Shown here piece by piece: positions 9,866 to 19,678 of a stretch of DNA of 64,000 bases. A program made the position numbers and the translations under genes. This DNA is from a bacterium. Lineage in GTDB: Bacteria; Armatimonadota; Chthonomonadetes; Chthonomonadales; JAMCWF01. Location: NCBI GenBank assembly GCA_021842405.1, contig JAKBZR010000005.1, positions 2,354 to 66,353 of the forward strand. The letters run 5' to 3'. Under the pieces are notes generated by a model. It saw only the letters and a program-made list of their open reading frames with translations, ran no database searches and was not told where the DNA came from. The stretch's first letter is position 1. Each line of letters opens with the position of its first letter.

Positions 9866-11440
9866 CTAAGGCTGCTGTGCCTTAATTGGAGCGGCAACGG
9901 CTCTGGTTTCCGGCTTGTGTTTAGCAAATCGGGAGCGCCACCAGACATATCCCCTTACCCATGACCGCACCATCATATGAGGGATGTGGTGAATGTAAGT
10001 TCGGGTGACGGCCTGCCGTCCCTGCGCTTGCGCTCGGCGAAGTCGGTAGGGAATGATGGTCTCCAGCCTTGCCCATAACCGCGCGTAATCCAGATCGCGG
10101 GGCGTCAGGTGATTGGTCCGCATCGTGGCGGTGTAGCTGTTCCAATCCGAGTAGCGCATCCGCTTTGGTAGCAACCCTTCTGATAGGGCGCGCCAATACA
10201 TGGGCGTTCCGGGGAAGGGGGTCATCACCGTAAAGCCGCTCTCAACGTCCAGTTGCTGGGCAAACTCCCACGTTTTGCGGACGGTATCCCAATTCTCCTC
10301 CGGCGTTCCGAGGCAAAAAGTGCCGTAGATATGAAAGCCCAGTTCGTGGCAAAATTTAATTCGCTGCGCCAATTTCTCGTTGACCGATATCTTCTGGCCA
10401 ATGCTTTCCATGCAGGCGGCGTCCGCGGTCTCGATGCCGGTGGTGATGGTTGAGATACCGGCCTGCCGCATGGCTCTCAAAGTATCCTCATCGAAAACCT
10501 CAACCGAGGTCTCCACGGTTGCCTCTAACTTGACGTCCCGGCGAATAATGGCTTCGCAAAGCTCGCGGGCATATTTTCGGTTAAAACCGAAGTTGGGGTC
10601 TCGAAACCGCATCTTGTAGATGCCGTAGGTCTTGTTTAGGTATTCGATCTCGTCCACCACCTGCTCGATGGGGTTGGCGCGCCACGGTTTGCCCTCCAGC
10701 AACATATAGGGGCACATCGTGCAACCGATCGGGCACCCGCGGCTTGCCTGGATGTAGACGCCGAGTTTATCGAGGCGGCCGCCGGGAGCATAACGCTCCA
10801 GCGGCAGAAGGTGCCAGGCTGGACGCGGCAGCTCCTTCAGCTTATTCTGTTTCACCCAACCGCGGTATTGCTCCTCGTTTTTACTACCCATATAAAGCTC
10901 ATCGGACCGAAGCGGAACCCAATTTTTGGGGCAGATCACGCCCACCACCCGGTGATAATCCGGTGCATCCAGGATGTCGCCCATAACCGATTCCGGCTCG
11001 CCGAAAATCAAGAAATCAACGTCACACTGATGGATCCAGTGATTGACGGTGGTCATGATTACGCTGCCGAAAACGAAAACCTTCGCTCCGGGCAGCAGTT
11101 CCTTCATTCGATTGGCGAAATCGAGATCGAGCAATAAGGATGGGATGGATAGACGGATGCCGACCCACAGATCGCGGCTGCACTCCGGGTCAATGTGGTT
11201 TAATACGAATCGTTCCGCGCGCGGACCGTGCCAGCGATCCAGCAAAAGGTCAACAATATTAACCTTGCATCCCTTTTGTTCAGCCACCGCCGCCGTATAT
11301 AAGATATCAATGGGCGGCAAAACGGTTGCATCGCGCTCGAAAGGCTTCAGCTTCCGGGAAACACCGATCCCCCCCGAATAGGTACGCTCGTTGGTGTAGC
11401 CTTTCAGCTCGGGGGGGTTAACTAACAAAAGTTGTCGCAT
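9866..11440 (-). CDS. B12-binding-domain radical SAM enzyme (class B, methyltransferase-like)
   Basis: N-terminal Rossmann-like B12-binding region, then ASRGCPIGCTMCPY (CxxxCxxC). Confidence 0.8.
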   Translation of the reverse strand: MRQLLLVNPPELKGYTNERTYSGGIGVSRKLKPFERDATVLPPIDILYTAAVAEQKGCKVNIVDLLLDRWHGPRAERFVLNHIDPECSRDLWVGIRLSIPSLLLDLDFANRMKELLPGAKVFVFGSVIMTTVNHWIHQCDVDFLIFGEPESVMGDILDAPDYHRVVGVICPKNWVPLRSDELYMGSKNEEQYRGWVKQNKLKELPRPAWHLLPLERYAPGGRLDKLGVYIQASRGCPIGCTMCPYMLLEGKPWRANPIEQVVDEIEYLNKTYGIYKMRFRDPNFGFNRKYARELCEAIIRRDVKLEATVETSVEVFDEDTLRAMRQAGISTITTGIETADAACMESIGQKISVNEKLAQRIKFCHELGFHIYGTFCLGTPEENWDTVRKTWEFAQQLDVESGFTVMTPFPGTPMYWRALSEGLLPKRMRYSDWNSYTATMRTNHLTPRDLDYARLWARLETIIPYRLRRAQAQGRQAVTRTYIHHIPHMMVRSWVRGYVWWRSRFAKHKPETRAVAAPIKAQQP

Positions 11441-11494
11441 AACTTCTCCTCAAACGCCCATCACCTTCCAAGTGAAGCCGATAAAAACCTTCGT

Positions 11495-12748
11495 TTAGAC
11501 TTGCCGGCAAATCCGGCGGTATATCGCTGCCATGGCAGCGGCCTGATGGCGCGGGCTGAATTGGTTGAGAACCTTTTCCCGGCCAAGTCGTCCCATCTCA
11601 CGGCGCCGATCCGGGTCTCCCAGCAATTCGCACAGTCCACGTGAAAGTTGTTCCACATTTTTCGGTTCGACCAACAAACCCTCTTTACCATCCTCAATGA
11701 TCTCGGGTAGAGCGCCTGATCGAAAACCGACGACCGGCTTCTCCATCGCCATCGCTTCCGTAACGACCAGGCCGAAAGGCTCCTCCCATGAGGGGACCGC
11801 CAGTACATCCAGGCCAGCCATCACTTCCGGTATCTCATTGATCCAGCCGGCCCAGATTATGGATTGACCAACGCCCAGCTCCTTGGCCCGCGCCTTCACC
11901 TGCTGGTCATAGCTATCTGGGCTTGTCACCTTGTCCGGCAGACCGACAACCAGCAGCTTCACATTTGGAAACTCTTTGCGAATGAGCGCCAGCGCTTCGA
12001 CCAGCTCCCGATGCCCCTTCCAAACCATAATTCGCGCCACGATTCCGATCAAGGGCGCACTTTCACCAATGCCGTATCGTCGGCGAATTTGACAGCCTTC
12101 AAACCGCGCCGGGTCAAACTCTTCCGGATCGGTGGCGTTATGAACCCGATATATTTTCGAGGCCGATATGCCGCCATCAACCAACGAATTCCGAACAAAA
12201 TCCGATATGGCGATCACGCCGGTCGCCTTTCGTAGCGCCCAATTGGTCAGCCGGCCGATTTCGGGATACCACTTGATATGAACGTGAATCAAATTCGGTC
12301 GGCCAGACGATTTTGCAAGCCAGGTTGAAAGCAGGGCATCCCGCGGCCGATCGGTTGAATGAATGATCTCGATTCGATCCTGTTTGATCCGTCTTCGCAG
12401 TTCAGGTAGCGCCTTAGCCAGCTCATACAGGTTTCCGATCATTCCGGCGACCCGACTGATTCGATCGCGTCGGTTCACGAGCTCATAGCCCAACCGCATT
12501 GGAGCCGCTTTCACCTTGCCGAACGATTGCAATCTTTCAATTGTGGTTGCCGCATCGGAGGCGCGGGAATTGGTGATAAAGGTGGTGCTGCACTCCTCAA
12601 CCGGGTAGGCTTTGGCCAGGGTGAGGTGAACGGCAACATCCGCCCCCAACGCACTTCTCGTATTTAAGAACAGAACTCGTATCGGCTCCTTCGCCGATTG
12701 CTCCCTTTGCCCGCCCCTTTGCGCCTTGCTTACCAAGCTCAAATCCAC
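11495..12748 (-). CDS. Glycosyltransferase family 4
   Basis: GT-B fold signature EPFGLVVTEAMAMEKPVVG...G.LVEP in the C-terminal half. Confidence 0.8.
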   Translation of the reverse strand: MDLSLVSKAQRGGQREQSAKEPIRVLFLNTRSALGADVAVHLTLAKAYPVEECSTTFITNSRASDAATTIERLQSFGKVKAAPMRLGYELVNRRDRISRVAGMIGNLYELAKALPELRRRIKQDRIEIIHSTDRPRDALLSTWLAKSSGRPNLIHVHIKWYPEIGRLTNWALRKATGVIAISDFVRNSLVDGGISASKIYRVHNATDPEEFDPARFEGCQIRRRYGIGESAPLIGIVARIMVWKGHRELVEALALIRKEFPNVKLLVVGLPDKVTSPDSYDQQVKARAKELGVGQSIIWAGWINEIPEVMAGLDVLAVPSWEEPFGLVVTEAMAMEKPVVGFRSGALPEIIEDGKEGLLVEPKNVEQLSRGLCELLGDPDRRREMGRLGREKVLNQFSPRHQAAAMAAIYRRICRQV

Positions 12749-12953
12749 CTTCTAAACTTGCAAGAATCGTGCCAAAATCCCTTAGAATTGCTAAATGCCT
12801 AACATTTTTCTATTTTAATTAAGATATTTCCACTTTATCATTTTTTTTATGCAACGATTTTCACCGCTCGCTTGCCGGGATGTCGGTAAAAATGCGAGCC
12901 TAATTCTTTCAGCGCGGGCATACCGATTACGCCCAGTCTGTCAATCTTTAGGC

Positions 12954-13145
12954 GAATGTTGAAAAATCGCTGGATCCCGCCGCTTTATCATTCCCGCGAA
13001 AGCGGGAATCCAGTCCCCCGCCTACCGGTAGACTGGGACACTGATCTACTGGATTCCGGGTTCCGCTTTGCTGCCCCCTGTCTGCTTGCGGACACGCACA
13101 GGCAGGCGGAATGACGATCCGGGGAGCGTTACAGCGTTTTTCCAT
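12954..13145. repeat. GC-rich palindromic intergenic repeat, family B, apparently complete (both arms)
   Basis: Left end gttgaaaaatcgctggatcccg...tcattcccgcgaaagcgggaatcc. The right end is its approximate inverse (...ggcggaatgacgatccggggagcg...cgtttttcc). The track ORF 12948-13145 lies inside it. Confidence 0.6.
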
Positions 13146-13166
13146 TTCCTCTTAGGCTTGGCCCGA

Positions 13167-13568
13167 TCACAATGAAATAAATGGCGCCTTAGGTAGTAAA
13201 CTTTCATCGTAAAGGGTCACTCGGTCGCGGCCGATCTGCTTGAGATGGGCGCTGAATGCCTGTGCCTGCCCGATCAAGGGTTCCAGGCTGAAACGGATAA
13301 ATTGTTTTGATTTGCGAAGTCGCTCAACGCCGGCATCCAGCTTATTGACCGCGCCCACCCAGTTGTGTCGCTCTACCAGGTGATAGCAGCCCACTGCGAT
13401 TTGAAGCACCCCCTGATAGACCTCCCGGACGGGACCTTTTTCACGGCGCCAGATAACTTCCAATGTCTCGTGGCACTCGAAGTAGCGCCGTTGGTCCAAT
13501 TGATCCAGGCCATGCTGAAACTCAACCGGCAAGGCGGATAGGGGATCTATGGCGTCTTGGCTATCCAT
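13167..13568 (-). CDS. DUF309 domain protein
   Basis: YFECHETLEVIW...YQGVLQIAVGCYH matches the DUF309 helical motif. Confidence 0.65.
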   Translation of the reverse strand: MDSQDAIDPLSALPVEFQHGLDQLDQRRYFECHETLEVIWRREKGPVREVYQGVLQIAVGCYHLVERHNWVGAVNKLDAGVERLRKSKQFIRFSLEPLIGQAQAFSAHLKQIGRDRVTLYDESLLPKAPFISL

Positions 13569-13616
13569 ATCATATTGGGATATTGATCCATTAACGAGCG
13601 CACGATTGGCCGGTGC

Positions 13617-14102
13617 TCAGTGGTCAACCGGCTCATTTTTCATCAATGAGACGATATGCGCCAGCAGCGGCAAAATCACTTCGAGACCCTCCGAGACCGC
13701 TCTGGTGCTGCCCGGTAAATTGATGATCAAACAGCTCCCCCGCGTGCCGGCAACACCCCGCGAGAGGGCAGCACGCGGATTTTTGGAATAGCCGCTCCAG
13801 CGCAGCAGCTCGGAGAGGCCGGGCGCCTCCCGCTCGATCACCCTCCGGGTCGCTTCGGGCGTTATGTCACGAGGCGCAAAGCCGGTCCCGCCGGTCGTAA
13901 AGATCACATCGCATTGCGCGTGATGTCCGATGAGCCACTCTTCAATCTCATTCTGTTCGTCCGGTACGATGCTCCGGAAAACGACCTCATAACTTTCCCG
14001 CTGGAGCGCCTTCTCGATCAGTGGGCCGGATAGATCATCGGTAGTACCGGCCGCAGAGCGGTCGCTGATCGTCAAGATGCCGGCTTTTATCTCATTTGAC
14101 AT
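13617..14102 (-). CDS. mog: Molybdopterin adenylyltransferase (Mog/MoaB family)
   Basis: AGILTISDRSAAG...FTTGGTGFAPRDITPEAT...LPGS parallels E. coli Mog. The start was moved to the internal ATG at 14102 (MSNEIK), so the start is uncertain. Confidence 0.8.
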   Translation of the reverse strand: MSNEIKAGILTISDRSAAGTTDDLSGPLIEKALQRESYEVVFRSIVPDEQNEIEEWLIGHHAQCDVIFTTGGTGFAPRDITPEATRRVIEREAPGLSELLRWSGYSKNPRAALSRGVAGTRGSCLIINLPGSTRAVSEGLEVILPLLAHIVSLMKNEPVDH

Positions 14103-14305
14103 TAAATTCATACCGCCAAGTACCGGATTCTGGGAGGTGAAACCTTTCACCCCATCTCATTTGAACGAGCCCTAGCAAGACGATTTATCCATTACGGCAG
14201 GATTTATGCGCCGATGAAACGAATTTTAAGCCGCCATCTCAGTGCATTCGTGTCAATAAATCGCTGAATCGCGCTTTCATGACGGCTTTCAACTAAGGAG
14301 AAAGA

Positions 14306-16669
14306 GTGTTGCTATTCCTCCACCTTTTATGCCTATTAGTATCGGCTAAACCGAGTCCGTCCATCACTTCTATCGCGCCAGGCAATGTTTTCTTGCAAGG
14401 AGAGGCGGTTCAGCTTCAGCTTTCCGACTATACCGCCTTGCCGACCGCCTACACTCTACAAGATTATAGCGGAAAGACGGTGAAAAGCGGCGCTACCGGC
14501 GCCGATTTGAATTTGGGGCGGCTGCCGATTGGGTATTACCGCCTGACGATAGGTACTGGTAACGAAACCGTTTCAGAGCCGGTCGCGGTGGTATTTCGAC
14601 CTAAACCGGATTATCACGGGCCGATCGCGATTGATACCGCCAGCGCCTGGCTGGTAAAGCCGGATCAGTTCGATGAGGTGGCCGCACTGTTGCAGCGCGC
14701 CGGTTTTGGGTGGATACGCGAGCGCTTTTCTTGGGGAGAGGTGGAACCGCAAAGGGGGCATTTCGTGTGGGGCAAATACGACCAGTGTACCGATGCGGAG
14801 GTTGCCCATGGACTTCACGTCTATGACATCTTTCACGCAATCCCTGCTTGGGCGAGAGCCGACCATGCCACCGATCGCTTTCCAGATGATCTGCGCGATG
14901 CCTATCAATTCACCAAGCGTCTGGCGGAGCATTATCGAGGCAAGGTCCGTGTCTGGGAGGTCTGGAACGAAGCGGACGGCGGCTTTTCGGTTGATCTGGC
15001 CGACCAGTACGCCGCCTTTCTGAAGGCCTGCTATCTCGGTTTTAAGGCGGGCGATCCCAACGTGCGAGTTACCCAGGTCTCCATGGCGGCGCCGGCCGGC
15101 CGTTACGAGGAAGACCTCTATCGGAATGACACCGAGGACTATTTCGACATATTTAACTATCACATCTATGCCGATCCATTGGACTATCCGGCGCGCGCGG
15201 AGGGGCATTTCGCGTTGTTGCGCCGTTTTGGGATTGGCGGAAAGCCGGTTTGGGTCACCGAAGCCGGCATCCCGTTGCACGTGGTCAATGGTGGCCTACC
15301 TTGGGATGAGCAGCGACAGCAGACCGATTTCATTCCCAAAGCCTACGCGATGTCACTGGCTTCGGGTGTAACCAAGCATTTCTTCTTCGTCTTTCCCCAT
15401 TACATTGAGCCGGGGATCGAGTGGGGCGTACTGACGCCCGATTTACTGCCCTATCCGGGCTACTGCGCGCTGGCCGCATCGGTGCACCTGCTTGGGCAGG
15501 CACGGTACCTGGGACGGATTCCAATTGCTGGTGACTTGAAAACATTTGCGCAAGCGTTCGACAACGGTCACTCGGCCACGATTGTCATCTGGAGAAATGG
15601 GGAGGACCGGAAGGTCAAACTACCGACTGAGTTAACTCAATCTCATGTTTTCAATGCAGTGGGCGGCGAAATGCAACCGGTTAATCCCTCTTCGCCCTTT
15701 TTACTATTAGGCCAAGCGCCCCTCTTTATGGTGGTTCCACTGCAAGTGGCAAAGCGACTCGCACAGAACGCAAATCCAATATCGCCGCCGAATAAGCAAA
15801 CCGCTCGTCCGCCGGCTTTACGGGATATTGTGCTGCGCGTCATTATGCCGACCGCATCCATCAATAAGAACCGTGAAGCCTACACGCTTGACGCCGGGCA
15901 GCCGGCACGCATACGGGTGCAGGCTTACAATTTCAGTCAAAAGGCATTCAGCGGCGATATCCGTTTTCGCATGCCACTCGGGTGGCAGATGCAGCCGGCC
16001 ACGAGCAAGGTCACAATTCAGCCGATGGGAATGATCGAAGTGAGCGGCACAATCACACCGCCCGACAATGGTGACCTCCATCGAGTCCGCATGATCGGAG
16101 TGGTGGCTGACCGTCGAAATCCCAGCTTGACCAGCAGCCCGGCCAATCTTTACCTGGCTTTGCGGCTCAGATCGGTTAAGCCGAGTGAAATCCACCCCTT
16201 ACGATTAAATCAAGCGGCGGATTGGAGCAACAACATATCGGGAAACGGTGTGATGACGATCACTTCCGCATCCTCGGATGCAGTTCGGTTTAATTTTCAG
16301 TTCAATGCGCCCGGTGATCGCTGGGCCTACCCAAAAACGGTTTTTAATCCACCGGCCGATTTCAGCCGGTACGAGGCGATCCGTTTTGAATATCGAACCA
16401 GCGTGACCGACCCTGCAACCCAAGTACGCTTAATGATTGGGAAGCCGAACGGCTCGACCTACTATACGGAAGGTGGATTTCCAGCAACGAAACAGTGGGT
16501 CTGGACGGCCATACCGATACGATCTTTGACTTGGGGATCGTTCAGTCCATCCGATCCTGCTGGCGGCCTGCACGGAGGTCATCACGTTGCTTCTTTATTG
16601 ATCGGCTGCAACACAAATCTAAACCTGCTGACGCTATGGGTGCGCCACATTCAGTTAGTGCGATATTGA
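14306..16669 (+). CDS. Secreted clan GH-A-like glycoside hydrolase with C-terminal beta-sandwich (CBM-like) domains
   Basis: GTG start 5 nt after aaggag. Signal peptide. VWEVWNEADGG and WVTEAG motifs are typical of GH5/GH39-type TIM barrels. The family is not resolved. Confidence 0.6.
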   Translation: MLLFLHLLCLLVSAKPSPSITSIAPGNVFLQGEAVQLQLSDYTALPTAYTLQDYSGKTVKSGATGADLNLGRLPIGYYRLTIGTGNETVSEPVAVVFRPKPDYHGPIAIDTASAWLVKPDQFDEVAALLQRAGFGWIRERFSWGEVEPQRGHFVWGKYDQCTDAEVAHGLHVYDIFHAIPAWARADHATDRFPDDLRDAYQFTKRLAEHYRGKVRVWEVWNEADGGFSVDLADQYAAFLKACYLGFKAGDPNVRVTQVSMAAPAGRYEEDLYRNDTEDYFDIFNYHIYADPLDYPARAEGHFALLRRFGIGGKPVWVTEAGIPLHVVNGGLPWDEQRQQTDFIPKAYAMSLASGVTKHFFFVFPHYIEPGIEWGVLTPDLLPYPGYCALAASVHLLGQARYLGRIPIAGDLKTFAQAFDNGHSATIVIWRNGEDRKVKLPTELTQSHVFNAVGGEMQPVNPSSPFLLLGQAPLFMVVPLQVAKRLAQNANPISPPNKQTARPPALRDIVLRVIMPTASINKNREAYTLDAGQPARIRVQAYNFSQKAFSGDIRFRMPLGWQMQPATSKVTIQPMGMIEVSGTITPPDNGDLHRVRMIGVVADRRNPSLTSSPANLYLALRLRSVKPSEIHPLRLNQAADWSNNISGNGVMTITSASSDAVRFNFQFNAPGDRWAYPKTVFNPPADFSRYEAIRFEYRTSVTDPATQVRLMIGKPNGSTYYTEGGFPATKQWVWTAIPIRSLTWGSFSPSDPAGGLHGGHHVASLLIGCNTNLNLLTLWVRHIQLVRY

Positions 16670-16715
16670 TTTAATGGTCAGGGGGCAAAGATCGGTTCAA
16701 TCCGGTGTGGTGTGG

Positions 16716-17255
16716 TTATTGTGATAGGAGCTGTCGGATATACTGCGTGAGATCATGATCGGTGCTTAAGCTGTATCCCTCCTGGTGCCATCGGATCCGC
16801 CCGTTTTTGTCAATCAAGAAAAAGCTTGGAATGGGACTGACTCCGTAATCAGACGGGATAGTCGTTTTTACGCCCATAATGATCGGATAGGTCATGCCGT
16901 TTTGCTTGACGAAATCCCTCACCAGTGCGGATCCCCCTTCATCCAACGAGATTCCCACCACGTCAAAGCCATCCTTGTGAAACTTCTGGTAGAGCTTCTC
17001 GGTTCCTGGAATTGACATACGGCATGGAGGGCACCAAGTTGCCCAAAAATCGAGCAGCACGACCTTACCGCGAAGTGATTGCAATGAGATAGGCAGGCCG
17101 GTGAGGGTGGTCGCGTGAAAATCGGGCGCTGGTCTGTTTTCAACTATTGCTGGCGCCTGAGAAGATTTCAGCAACAGCACAATGAGAGCGATAAAAAGCA
17201 TCACCCCTGCAATTCGAGAGGCACCTATACGAACCAGCCTTTGTTTCAATGTCAT
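16716..17255 (-). CDS. TlpA/ResA-like thiol:disulfide oxidoreductase (membrane anchored)
   Basis: N-terminal TM helix and FWATWCPPC thioredoxin motif. Confidence 0.8.
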   Translation of the reverse strand: MTLKQRLVRIGASRIAGVMLFIALIVLLLKSSQAPAIVENRPAPDFHATTLTGLPISLQSLRGKVVLLDFWATWCPPCRMSIPGTEKLYQKFHKDGFDVVGISLDEGGSALVRDFVKQNGMTYPIIMGVKTTIPSDYGVSPIPSFFLIDKNGRIRWHQEGYSLSTDHDLTQYIRQLLSQ

Positions 17256-17270
17256 GTTTTTTGCTGTTTT

Positions 17271-17405
17271 GTAAGAGTTCAGTTTTGCGGGAGTGATTTT
17301 TGTTCGCCCCCACCCCAGCCCTCCCCCGTCAACGGGGGAGGGAGTTGATTATTGCTATAGGGGTAAAGCCTGCTGCCTAAATTACCCAGAGAACTGAACT
17401 CATTC
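17271..17405. mobile_element. MITE-like element, short variant (135 bp)
   Basis: Termini gtaagagttcagttttgcggg ... cccagagaactgaactcattc are inverted repeats. The internal hairpin is ccctcccccgtcaacgggggaggg. It sits between the two tlpA paralogs. Confidence 0.6.
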
Positions 17406-17476
17406 GCTGTTTTTTCGATATTGGATTGCTCAATTGTTGTCCCGAATGGATGGCTTCAAGTTGGTGAAAGCCTTCA

Positions 17477-18019
17477 TCAACGCCGGGCGATTTTCTCTTT
17501 GAGCAGCTTTGCGATCAGATGGTGCAGTTCCGGCACCTCTTCGGACCCGTAACCGACCTGTGAAAAGCGGATAATACCTTTTTTGTCTATGATGTAGGTG
17601 GTGGGCATAGCGTTGAAATCGAACCGTTGGCCGATTCGCATCGCGACATTTTGTGGCGCATAAGCAACCGGATAGGTCAGATGGTTGCTATGAACGAAAT
17701 CCTTCACCGCATTGACGCTCTGATCTCCGACCGATACCCCCAGTACAACCAAGCCCTTCTTGGCGTTTTGTTTATAGAGCGATTGCAGATGGGGTATTTC
17801 CATCCGGCAGGGTGGGCACCAAGTTGCCCAAAAATCCACCAGTACGACTTTGCCTTTGAGCTGAGAGAGCTTAATGACCTTACCGTTTAGAGCGGTGACC
17901 CAGAGAGCCGGCGCCTTAGTGCCGACGGGGAGCTGAGCCGATGCAGCCATTTGGAGGGCTGTCAGCAGCAACATCGGGATAACGATTTTATTGAAAAAAC
18001 GGACATGTGCTTTGATCAA
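17477..18019 (-). CDS. TlpA/ResA-like thiol:disulfide oxidoreductase, paralog
   Basis: Signal/anchor sequence and FWATWCPPCRMEIP motif. Similar architecture to 16716-17255. Confidence 0.8.
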   Translation of the reverse strand: MIKAHVRFFNKIVIPMLLLTALQMAASAQLPVGTKAPALWVTALNGKVIKLSQLKGKVVLVDFWATWCPPCRMEIPHLQSLYKQNAKKGLVVLGVSVGDQSVNAVKDFVHSNHLTYPVAYAPQNVAMRIGQRFDFNAMPTTYIIDKKGIIRFSQVGYGSEEVPELHHLIAKLLKEKIARR

Positions 18020-18198
18020 TTAATCACCTCGATCAGTCAATTTTGGATTCGCGACTTCGTCCGCTCGGTTCGACGAGAGTCATTTGGTTTTAGTATACGC
18101 TTCGCTTGAAAGTGAAGTTGCGTTGTTCAGTGAAGCACCTTTTATTTTACACCAGATCAAAGGAGTTTTGTTCCCTTCTCGAGGGGGATCGGTCAACG

Positions 18199-19275
18199 TC
18201 ATAGAAGAAGCGACCCGGATGCATGGCCGCTTTGCAGTCCCAGCGCATGAGCCAAAAATGGATAGGCCATCTGGCCGCTGATTCGGTGAACATCATCAAA
18301 AAACTCAGCGGAAAAGTGATCGCCATAACCTAATTTGTGATAGAGGGTTGCCAGTATCGCAGCCGTTTTTCGGGTTGCATCAATCGGGAAAATCGGATCT
18401 TGGATGCCCGATTCCAGGCAAAGCGATCGGGGCGCGATGGTCGCCGCATAGTCGGCCATTTCGGCGTCGGCCAGCAGCCCATGGGCATAGTTGCAGATGC
18501 AGTGTTCGATGGAAAGCACGCTTGAGCGAAAAGTATTGAGGTATCCGCTGATGCAGACCGCGCTGAGCCTTTGATCCAACGCCGCTGAAAAAAGGGTGAC
18601 CATCCCACCGCCCGATATGCCCATGATCCCGATCCGATCCGGGATCACCTCCTGCCGAGTGGTGAGGTAATCCACGGTGCGCATGATATCCCAAGCCCGC
18701 ACCGCGATGGGAGAGCTGCCCATCATGAGCGACCAAATGAAGAGCTCCTGGCAGGAGCTGGCCGACCGGCTGTCGGCAATGGCAGACAACTCACGCCGCC
18801 GGCCAAATCCGGCCATCTCCGGCGCGATGACGACAAACCCCAGCCGGCACAACGCCAGGCCGAAATCCCGGTGGTAAGTCTCCGGCTCTTGGCGCCGACT
18901 CCCATCCTCCCGAATCCCAACCACGTCATCGGCGCCGTAACCGTGGCCATGTATTGCGATGATGGCAGGTCGAGCCTCTTTAACATCCGGCAAGAGCAGG
19001 TGAGCGGGAATTCGATCTCCCGGCGCCCCAATGTAATCTACCAGCTCGTGGATGTAGCCATGCTGTTCCGATCGTGAAAGGAGGCGCGGTTTCAACGCGG
19101 TGCGGCGAGGCCAGGGACCCAGTCGCCGCTTGAGGCGATCTCTGGCTTTATCCTGCCAGCGGTAAAAATCGGCTGGATCGGACCAATCGGGCATACGGTA
19201 GGGGCGGTTGCCGCGGTCATATCGGCGGATGAAGGGACCGATAGCACGGTACTCAGATTCATTTATTTCGGACAT
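18199..19275 (-). CDS. Alpha/beta hydrolase (dienelactone hydrolase / acetyl-esterase-like)
   Basis: Nucleophile elbow GISGGG, and HGHGYG upstream. The substrate is unknown. Confidence 0.6.
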   Translation of the reverse strand: MSEINESEYRAIGPFIRRYDRGNRPYRMPDWSDPADFYRWQDKARDRLKRRLGPWPRRTALKPRLLSRSEQHGYIHELVDYIGAPGDRIPAHLLLPDVKEARPAIIAIHGHGYGADDVVGIREDGSRRQEPETYHRDFGLALCRLGFVVIAPEMAGFGRRRELSAIADSRSASSCQELFIWSLMMGSSPIAVRAWDIMRTVDYLTTRQEVIPDRIGIMGISGGGMVTLFSAALDQRLSAVCISGYLNTFRSSVLSIEHCICNYAHGLLADAEMADYAATIAPRSLCLESGIQDPIFPIDATRKTAAILATLYHKLGYGDHFSAEFFDDVHRISGQMAYPFLAHALGLQSGHASGSLLL

Positions 19276-19507
19276 AGCGGGGTGGTCTCATCTCTAGTTC
19301 GAATTGGCTGAGTGCCATCGGAGGTACAGCGATCTACACTGAAATCTACGATCTTATCACCATTCAACTGCGATAATTACAGACTAATCAATTCAAGATC
19401 AACCGATTTCACGGGCGTGGTTAGTGCCCGCCGAAACTGTCGGCTGCAATCCATTAGGGAATAAAGCCATAGCATCAGTTAATTGGTTAACCGTGTCGGT
19501 GGATAAC

Positions 19508-19636
19508 CGACCAGCATCAGCCCGTCATCGTTATCGTTGCGGTATCCCGATGTGGCCGCAAACAGGTAGGGCGAGCTGGTTGAGCCGCTGGTTGAAACCG
19601 TGTTGCCGTAACCGTCGTAGATTGCGCTGGCGGTCT
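19508..19636 (-). pseudogene. Orphan rhs core fragment (third copy), truncated
   Basis: My own reverse-strand translation gives TASAIYDGYGNTVSTSGSTSSPYLFAATSGYRNDNDDGLMLVG, then divergence and a stop. It is near-identical to the corresponding part of 21296-22357. Confidence 0.65.
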
Positions 19637-19678
19637 TCCTCCGTTGTGAGTTACGCCACTGGTCTCTTTAACTTTCCA

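Noticed and set aside
14103-14305. Possible molybdenum-cofactor riboswitch in the mog leader (hairpin ggtgaaaggtttcacc followed by tccc).
   Set aside because: I cannot reproduce the Moco-motif consensus from memory well enough to match it. Only one short hairpin is evident, and a covariance-model scan would be needed.
16716-18019. Tandem TlpA-like thioredoxin paralogs as a possible special redox system.
   Set aside because: Both are standard membrane-anchored WCPPC redoxins, and duplicates are common. The only notable point, the MITE between them, is covered in the MITE finding.
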